The notes under the pieces: model-generated
What the model was told of the DNA's origin: nothing
Seen by the model: the letters and a program-made list of their open reading frames with translations, nothing else
The model's database searches: none
In this document: positions 57,903 through 64,000 of the stretch, one piece after another
Layout of the letters: each line of letters starts with the position of its first letter
How positions within the stretch are numbered: position 1 is the first letter of the stretch
From: Clostridiales bacterium
GTDB lineage: Bacteria > Bacillota > Clostridia > Christensenellales > UBA1242
Direction of reading: 5' to 3'
NCBI GenBank assembly: GCA_015055515.1
Contig: SVIC01000001.1
Location: forward strand, 91,327-155,326
DNA: 64,000 nucleotides
Translations under genes and position numbers: made by a program

Positions 57903-57924
57903 AATCACCTATATATAGGTGATT
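57903..57924. terminator. bidirectional terminator hairpin, copy 2 of the repeated 22-nt palindrome
   Basis: AATCACCTATATATAGGTGATT differs from copy 1 by one loop base. It lies downstream of the EEP gene. Confidence 0.65.
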
Positions 57925-57941
57925 TCTTTATCTTTGAATAG

Positions 57942-59051
57942 TTAATTCATTCTGAATTTCATAATTGATGGGTTGTGGTCTGAGTAGGCAAAGTCGGTAT
58001 CTATATTTACAATATCTATATCAGATACATTGTCTGAGCATATGAAGCCATCTATTACTACAGTATAACTTTCGCCCTTGACATAAGGCCCATCGGTTGA
58101 TCTACAAGTAGGGGCGTTGTTGCTAGATACAAATCTGTAATGCTCTGCTAGGTTGGAATTATCTAATACATACACCCATTCTGCTTTTTTTCTATTAGTT
58201 TCCCATAAATTTGCAGAATTGGCTATGTCGTGATTGAAATCGCCTCCGGCAATAACATAATTACCTTTGTTATATTCATCTGCAAGTATTGAGTTAAGCA
58301 TTTCTAATTGCTTTTTTCTAATAACACCACCTTCATCATATGCACTAAGGTGTACGTTGATAATAACTAGTTCCTTGTCACTATCTGCTATGTCTACTCT
58401 TGTCACTTGTATACATCTGTCTAGGTCGAAGAATTTGGTAGGAAAACTCTCATCCACAGGTAGACTTCGTCGAACAGCATTAGTGATATTATATTTGCTT
58501 AACGTTGCAATGCCAGCCTCGGTTTTTCCATGAGGAGAGTGTAGAGGGTAGAATAAGTATGCACTATGGAAGTTAAGTGATATGCTACTAGCATAGTTGT
58601 CGAAATTGTTTTGAATATGTTCATATTGGTTATAATGATGACTTCTGTCGCCATCAATATCTACTTCTTGGAATAGGGCAAAGTCTACTGAGTGTTCCTT
58701 TATTACATTGACTGCACCAGTGGTGTTTGTGATAACAGTGTCTTTGTCTTTGGCTACACTGCCAGTACCAGTTAATTTAACACCATCTTTTGTTTCGCCA
58801 TAATCCATGAAGAATGAGAAATCTTGTGTATATGCGCCAAATCCTATATTATACGTAGATATGGTATATTCTTCTCCAATTGTGGCTGATAAACTAGGGT
58901 TGTTTGTGATTGATATGCCTTGATTGTCTTCTATTCTGTAATACTGAATGGATATATATGCTACATATATCCCTAATATTAAGATTATTAATATCAATAT
59001 ACTGGCAATAATAGCGAGCAATATTTTCCACCAAGATTTTTTCTTTTCCAT
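57942..59051 (-). CDS. endonuclease/exonuclease/phosphatase (EEP) family protein, membrane-anchored
   Basis: N-terminal TM, then FALFQEVD, GGDFNH and a C-terminal SDHNP, the canonical EEP catalytic motifs. Confidence 0.7.
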   Translation of the reverse strand: MEKKKSWWKILLAIIASILILIILILGIYVAYISIQYYRIEDNQGISITNNPSLSATIGEEYTISTYNIGFGAYTQDFSFFMDYGETKDGVKLTGTGSVAKDKDTVITNTTGAVNVIKEHSVDFALFQEVDIDGDRSHHYNQYEHIQNNFDNYASSISLNFHSAYLFYPLHSPHGKTEAGIATLSKYNITNAVRRSLPVDESFPTKFFDLDRCIQVTRVDIADSDKELVIINVHLSAYDEGGVIRKKQLEMLNSILADEYNKGNYVIAGGDFNHDIANSANLWETNRKKAEWVYVLDNSNLAEHYRFVSSNNAPTCRSTDGPYVKGESYTVVIDGFICSDNVSDIDIVNIDTDFAYSDHNPSIMKFRMN

Positions 59052-59412
59052 CTTTTTTGTACTCCATTTTTTCTTTAGTATAGCACATATTTATTATATT
59101 ACAATTTAATATTATTCAATATTTTATTTCGAAATTTTGCAGTGTTGTATCTGTTTTTTGTCTTGCGTTTGTTAAATATAAATATTAAAATGTTCAATTT
59201 GTAAAAAAATCTATTAATTTTATTAAAAATACTTTTCAAAGTGTGTAATATCTGCTAATATATACATATTAATAATACAGATGTTACGACAATTCGTGAT
59301 AGTGTTAAAAGCTTGGTAAGGAAAAATCAAGTAAATAAAACCCTGATGAAAGGAGGATTATATTATGAAGGATATCGATGATTAGTAAAAAAGGGGGCTT
59401 AATGCCCCACTT

Positions 59413-59488
59413 GCTGATGTGGCACAGTCGGTAGCGCACCGCCTTGGTAAGGCGGAGGTCACGGGTTCAAGTCCCGTCATCAGCTCCA
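59413..59488 (+). tRNA. tRNA-Thr (anticodon GGT), CCA encoded
   Basis: GCTGATG...CATCAGCTCCA acceptor stem, anticodon arm CCGCC-TTGGTAA-GGCGG and T-arm ACGGG-TTCAAGT-CCCGT; 76 nt. Confidence 0.9.
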
Positions 59489-59492
59489 ATGT

Positions 59493-59516
59493 AGACGACA
59501 AGAGTCGTCTTTTTTT
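59493..59516 (+). terminator. terminator after tRNA-Thr
   Basis: AGACGAC-AAGA-GTCGTCT followed by a T7 run. Confidence 0.7.
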
Positions 59517-59701
59517 GTTTTTTATTAAAACAAAAACTCAAGTGTGTCACTTGAGCATTGGAGCTTGGCGTTCGCTACGCTCGGCGCATCTCCATATTAT
59601 GAGGAGAAACTTATTATTAATGTGTAGACGACATTTGTCCTCTTTTTTTGTCGTTTTATATATGCGAATAGGTGATGTTTGGTTGTATTAGTAAATAAGT
59701 G

Positions 59702-60244
59702 TTATCTATCTCTTCCATTATATTCTTCTATTAATAGTGTTGCCATCTGCCTAGGAGATTCTTTGCAATCTCGGTCTAGCCATAGTCTGCATATCTCTTT
59801 GATGCCGGCACCGAAAAAACTGGCACGATAGAATAAATTAATGTCGTTAGAAAAATTAGTGTTATGTGTATCTTTGATATTCGTTAGTACTTTATTCTTG
59901 ATAGATGTTTCAGCCAAAGTTGCGTAAGGTATATTAAGGAATGCCTTATAGAAATATTTATTTGCTTTAACGAATTCGAACATTTCTATAAATGCTTCGT
60001 TGGTTTGTCTTATTCCAAAATTGAATATTGATGCCATACTATTAGCGAATTTTCCTTCAATCTTAATTATGAGGTCGTTAATATCATCATAATGCGCGTA
60101 GAATGTACTTCTATTGATATCTGCCAATTCACAAATTTGACTAATCGATATATCTTCATATTTGTGGTTTAACATTAATGCAAGGAATGTTGTCTCAATT
60201 TTTTCACTACTATTCTTATATCTTAAATTATTCTTTATATTCAT
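59702..60244 (-). CDS. TetR-family transcriptional regulator
   Basis: N-terminal HTH ISISQICELADINRSTFYAHYDDINDL; 180 aa. Confidence 0.75.
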   Translation of the reverse strand: MNIKNNLRYKNSSEKIETTFLALMLNHKYEDISISQICELADINRSTFYAHYDDINDLIIKIEGKFANSMASIFNFGIRQTNEAFIEMFEFVKANKYFYKAFLNIPYATLAETSIKNKVLTNIKDTHNTNFSNDINLFYRASFFGAGIKEICRLWLDRDCKESPRQMATLLIEEYNGRDR

Positions 60245-60293
60245 ATATTTATTCCTTAATCTTTATTCCAACAGATGTCGAGTTTTTGTTGAG

Positions 60294-60342
60294 TGTAAAT
60301 AATTTACATTGGTTGTGTTTACACTAGTATTGTATTACAATA
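60294..60342. promoter_or_regulatory. two palindromes in the TetR / downstream-operon intergenic region (candidate operators)
   Basis: TGTAAATAATTTACA (60294-60308) and TATTGTATTACAATA (60328-60342). Confidence 0.4.
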
Positions 60343-60414
60343 TTATTAATTGGTCAAGTGTTGGAATAATGCTTGTCTAAAAATTTATAGATAATAAAAG
60401 GGGAGAAAATAATT

Positions 60415-60741
60415 ATGGCAGAGAAGAAGGAAAATTTTTTTAAGAAGGCTTTTAGAGAGATGGGAGAGAGTGCGAAAGCACAACACGAAGTAGACAAGGC
60501 GAATTTTAATGCAGTAAAGGCGGAGTCTAGAGCAAACTTTGAGGAAAATAGGGGCACCAATACATTCAGAAAGGCAAAAGCAATGGCAAAGCAGTCATGG
60601 GATGATGCTCATATGACACCTGCAGAGAGAACAGCAAAGGTTAGAGAGGAGCAAGCAAAGCAAATAGAAGAGGCAAATGAGAGAATAAGACTTGCTAACG
60701 AGAAATACGAAGCAGTAAAAGTAGAAAAGAAGAGAAAGTAG
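60415..60741 (+). CDS. hypothetical highly charged helical protein, 108 aa
   Basis: GGGGAG RBS. The sequence is K/E/A-rich throughout. I recognise no motif. Confidence 0.4.
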   Translation: MAEKKENFFKKAFREMGESAKAQHEVDKANFNAVKAESRANFEENRGTNTFRKAKAMAKQSWDDAHMTPAERTAKVREEQAKQIEEANERIRLANEKYEAVKVEKKRK

Positions 60742-60831
60742 TTCAATAAATATAGTGTAAATGTGTATAAGGGGCGTCCTAGTAGGGCAGTCCTTTTATG
60801 TCAATAAAAATATGTATAAACGGAGGCGTAG

Positions 60832-61734
60832 ATGAACGCAATAGAAATAAGAGGGTTGAAAAAGTCATTCCGTGGTATGTATGCGCTAGATGGTCTTAAT
60901 ATGACAGTGCCGGTTGGGTCTATATATGGATTTATTGGCGAGAATGGAAGTGGAAAATCTACAACTGAGAAATTAATATGTGGTCATTTGGTAAAAGATG
61001 CTGGCACAATAAAATTGTTTGGCAAAGACTATACCGATGCTGGTGTAAGGGTCAAAGTGGGTGCATTAATAGAAAATGCGGGTTGTTTTCCTAGTTCTAG
61101 TATATATACCAACCTTATGATGCAAGCGATTAATCTAGGTATATCAAATACTGAAGAAGAGATTAGTAGAGTATTAAAGATTGTTAGGATGGAAGAGCAT
61201 TCGGATCTTAAGTTCAAGAAATGCTCTCTTGGAATGAAACAAAGAATAGGTATTGCAATGGCACTACTTGGAAGTCCTGCACTGCTTATATTGGATGAGC
61301 CAATCAATGGTCTGGATACAGATGGAATGAGAATAATGAGAGAAATATTGGTAGATATAACGAAGAAGTACAATTGTACGGTGTTGATATCTTCGCATAT
61401 TCTAGGTGAGTTGGAGAAAATTGCTACTCACTATGGAATTATTAGACAGGGCAAGATGATAGAGGAATTATCTGCTATGGAGATGGATAGTCGTGCAAGG
61501 ATATTTGTGTCCATTAAGGTAAAAGAGATTGAAAATGCTAAGAAATTACTACAATCAAAATATAAGAATGTATGCATAGTAGATGATTATATAAGAGTGT
61601 ATGATGAAGAAGATGTAGAGGGTGTTGTTAAACATCTACTAGACAATGGACACGATGTGTCTGAGGTAAAACAGAACAAAGTTGGTCTAGAAGAATATTA
61701 TATAGAATTAATGAGTAAGAAGGAGGAGAAATGA
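60832..61734 (+). CDS. ABC transporter ATP-binding protein (ABC-2/bacitracin-lantibiotic-export type)
   Basis: Walker A GENGSGKST, signature LGMKQR and Walker B LLILDEP. Confidence 0.9.
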   Translation: MNAIEIRGLKKSFRGMYALDGLNMTVPVGSIYGFIGENGSGKSTTEKLICGHLVKDAGTIKLFGKDYTDAGVRVKVGALIENAGCFPSSSIYTNLMMQAINLGISNTEEEISRVLKIVRMEEHSDLKFKKCSLGMKQRIGIAMALLGSPALLILDEPINGLDTDGMRIMREILVDITKKYNCTVLISSHILGELEKIATHYGIIRQGKMIEELSAMEMDSRARIFVSIKVKEIENAKKLLQSKYKNVCIVDDYIRVYDEEDVEGVVKHLLDNGHDVSEVKQNKVGLEEYYIELMSKKEEK

Positions 61735-61735
61735 T

Positions 61736-62566
61736 ATGGAAAAGAATGAAAATATGCAATTCGAATCTCCTACATTTACTCAGAGATTAAAGGGAATGCT
61801 GGGAGTGGATATATATAGGTTATTCCATACGCCATTATTCTATATATTCTTAGCAATAGCAGCAATTATTCCTGCAATGATTATTGGTACAACAGGTATG
61901 CCAGGACCAAATGGAGAGATGACAGAGCCGTTATTTACTAATGTATGGCAGGCAATAGCGTCAGACAATCCTTTATATGTAGTGTCGCATATTGGGCAGT
62001 ACGCCAATATGAATATGGTATTTATATTTGGCGGAATAATGGTATCTATATTCATTGCCCATGACTATAAGAGTGGCTATGTTAAGCAATTATTCACCAC
62101 TCATCCTAAGAAGCAGGATTATATGATGAGTAAAACCATTATATGTGCTTTTGCAATGGCTTGTATGTGTATTACATACCTATTGGGTAGTGTATTATCT
62201 GGTCTTTTGGTGCGATTGTCATTTACTGTTAACTTTGGGTCATTGATATGTGCACTGTTAGGAAAATTGATAATGAGTCTAGGATGGGCTAGTCTATATG
62301 TATTCCTAAACATCATTTTTAGAAAATACTTTGCTATTTCTATAGCATCATCATTTTTCTTTGGTACAGGAATATTAATTATTGGTGCCGCTGCCGTTGT
62401 GGGCAATTCTAGCATACTAAATATATTTCTATATGGTGCATCGGTATCGGCGTGCCTATCTAGCGGATTACTATCTGTTATAACTTGCTTAATAGTGTCT
62501 GTATCGTGGGCTGTTATATATAACACGATTGGGACGCATATTCTAAATAAGAGTGATGTGTATTAG
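61736..62566 (+). CDS. ABC-2-type permease
   Basis: Six hydrophobic segments. It is translationally coupled to the ATPase (stop and start 1 nt apart). Confidence 0.7.
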   Translation: MEKNENMQFESPTFTQRLKGMLGVDIYRLFHTPLFYIFLAIAAIIPAMIIGTTGMPGPNGEMTEPLFTNVWQAIASDNPLYVVSHIGQYANMNMVFIFGGIMVSIFIAHDYKSGYVKQLFTTHPKKQDYMMSKTIICAFAMACMCITYLLGSVLSGLLVRLSFTVNFGSLICALLGKLIMSLGWASLYVFLNIIFRKYFAISIASSFFFGTGILIIGAAAVVGNSSILNIFLYGASVSACLSSGLLSVITCLIVSVSWAVIYNTIGTHILNKSDVY

Positions 62567-62576
62567 GAGGTTTGCC

Positions 62577-63485
62577 ATGAATGCGATTGAGATAAAAGGT
62601 TTGACCAAGAACTATGGTGAGAAGCAGGCGCTGTCTGGGCTAGATATGGTAGTACCGGAAGGTGCAATATATGGATTTATAGGTGAAAATGGCAGTGGTA
62701 AGTCGACTACAGAAAAAATAATTTGCGGGTTGGTGTTACCTACAAGCGGTGACGTAAAACTATATAATACCGATTATACCGATATAAATATAAGATCTAA
62801 GATGGGTGTGTTGATAGAAGCACCTGGTTGTTATCCAAATTATTCTGTGTGGAACAATCTAATGTTACATGCGACTAACCTCAATATAGAAGACCGAGAG
62901 GAAGAGGTTAGGAGAGTACTGAAATTGGTTAGAATGGAAGGCTCTGCTTCTAATAAATATAAGAATTGCTCACTAGGTATGAAGCAAAGAATAGGTATAG
63001 CCTTGGCGTTAATGGGAAATCCAAAATTGTTGGTACTAGACGAGCCTATAAATGGGCTAGATGCAGATGGAATGAGGATAATGCGTGATATATTAACCGA
63101 TCTTAGCCAAAAACATAATTGCACAGTACTAATATCTTCTCATATATTGGGTGAGTTGGAGAAAATTGCTACCCATTATGGAATAATTAGAGGTGGCAAG
63201 ATGATAGCGCAAATGACAGCGGAAGAGTTGGATAAGAATTGTCCTACATTTGTCGCATTGTCTACAAAGGATATTGCAAAAACTAAGGATATATTAGATA
63301 GTAAATACAAAAAAGTTGTATTTGATGAAGCAAAAGAGAATTTGCGTATATATGATGATGTGTCAGCAGAAGATGTTGTAAAATATCTGTATGACAAGGG
63401 TATTATTGTAAATGAAATTAGTACTAGTAAAATAGGATTAGAGGAATATTATATTAATCTAATGAATAATAAGGAGGGTGTGTAA
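62577..63485 (+). CDS. ABC transporter ATP-binding protein, paralog of 60832..61734
   Basis: Same motifs (GENGSGKST, LGMKQR, LLVLDEP) and colinear similarity along the whole length. ATG 62577 follows AGGAGG. Confidence 0.9.
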   Translation: MNAIEIKGLTKNYGEKQALSGLDMVVPEGAIYGFIGENGSGKSTTEKIICGLVLPTSGDVKLYNTDYTDINIRSKMGVLIEAPGCYPNYSVWNNLMLHATNLNIEDREEEVRRVLKLVRMEGSASNKYKNCSLGMKQRIGIALALMGNPKLLVLDEPINGLDADGMRIMRDILTDLSQKHNCTVLISSHILGELEKIATHYGIIRGGKMIAQMTAEELDKNCPTFVALSTKDIAKTKDILDSKYKKVVFDEAKENLRIYDDVSAEDVVKYLYDKGIIVNEISTSKIGLEEYYINLMNNKEGV

Positions 63486-63486
63486 T

Positions 63487-64000
63487 ATGTCTAAAAATGC
63501 GGAAAAGAAGTCGTTTTTTAGTAGATTGAATAGTATGCTAAAGGCTGATTTTAGAAGAATGTTCACTACACCTCTTTATTATATAATGGTTGGTGTGTCA
63601 TTAGTTATTCCTATACTTATATTTGTAATGACTACAATGATGGATGGTACTATATCTGTTAACCCTACAACTGGTGAAGAAACAGTTATGGAAGGATTTA
63701 AGAATGTGTGGCAGATTATAGGTGCTATTAGTGGTGATAGTTCTGCGATGATGGCTATGGATATAACTAGTATGTGCAATATAAATATGATGTTTTTTCT
63801 AGTTGCTGTATTTGTATGTATATTTGTTTCTGATGATTTTAGAAGTGGGTATGCTAAGAATTTGTTCACTATTAAGGCAAAAAAAGATGATTATGTAGTA
63901 TCTAAATCAATAGTAGGTTTTGTTGCTGGTGCAAGCATGATTATAGCGTTCTTCATAGGTGCACTTATAGGTGGTGCAATATCTGGATTATCTTTTGCTA
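63487..64000 (+). CDS. ABC-2-type permease, paralog of 61736..62566 (3' end outside window)
   Basis: Not in the ORF track because no stop is reached. The frame is open from ATG 63487 to the window end. MSKNAEKKSFFSRLNSMLKADFRRMFTTPLYYIMVG... and DDFRSGYAKNLFTIKAKKDDYVVSK parallel HDYKSGYVKQLFTTHPKKQDYMMSK of the first permease. Confidence 0.7.
   Translation, partial: MSKNAEKKSFFSRLNSMLKADFRRMFTTPLYYIMVGVSLVIPILIFVMTTMMDGTISVNPTTGEETVMEGFKNVWQIIGAISGDSSAMMAMDITSMCNINMMFFLVAVFVCIFVSDDFRSGYAKNLFTIKAKKDDYVVSKSIVGFVAGASMIIAFFIGALIGGAISGLSFA

Noticed and set aside
59351-59385. A perfect AGGAGG RBS 8 nt before a six-codon ORF (MKDIDD*), followed by a GGGGC-TTAAT-GCCCC hairpin immediately upstream of tRNA-Thr.
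   Set aside because: It is too short to evaluate, it has no U-tract after the hairpin, and no comparative support is available. It could be a chance RBS-like purine run in a tRNA leader. It would be worth a glance only if ribosome profiling data exist.

Overview
AT-rich, low-GC chromosomal segment that looks like a spore-forming Firmicute (Clostridia-like: SpoIIE, FtsW/SpoVE, DegV and rubrerythrin are present). All calls come from reading the sequence and recalling motifs; no searches were run.

Layout:
(1) 1-7660: the 3' part of a phage or phage-like late operon. It holds portal, scaffold and major capsid genes, five unrecognisable ORFs and two holin-like genes, and it ends in a strong terminator.
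(2) 7.7-20 kb: membrane and surface proteins, a guanylate-kinase fusion, a divergent Ca2+ P-type ATPase / CaCA exchanger pair, an M1-peptidase lipoprotein and SpoIIE.
(3) 20-33.5 kb: division and cell-wall cluster murE-mraY-murD-ftsW // murA-ftsQ-ftsA-ftsZ. It is split by about 3.8 kb of accessory genes, and the left 1.46 kb of that insert is bracketed by a diverged duplicate of the ftsW 3' end.
(4) 33.6-41.6 kb: a 1260-aa repeat-rich lipoprotein, galE, marR-degV, a P-loop kinase and a radical SAM/SPASM gene.
(5) 41.7-43.8 kb: two tRNA-Ser genes. Each is followed by short, GC-richer, hairpin-rich mini-inserts that end in copies of the tRNA 3' end.
(6) 43.9-48.6 kb: small accessory genes (NUDIX, GNAT, AlkD-like).
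(7) 48.7-56.6 kb: rubrerythrin, a glycerol/glycerolipid module (hydrolase-glpK // glpA-like, oxidoreductase, DUF1667) and argS.
(8) 56.6-64 kb: a surface-protein gene whose promoter spacer is a (TA)n tract, an EEP-family gene, tRNA-Thr with another duplication scar, and a TetR gene next to tandemly duplicated ABC ATPase/permease pairs.

I saw no rRNA, CRISPR array, transposase or integrase.

The signals most worth a second look are:
- the ftsW-3'-end duplication that flanks a kinase+NUDIX cassette;
- the family of tRNA-adjacent mini-inserts at three tRNA loci, which share a short motif;
- the (TA)n promoter;
- the phage head module, which has no recognisable tail genes and no recognisable lysin.
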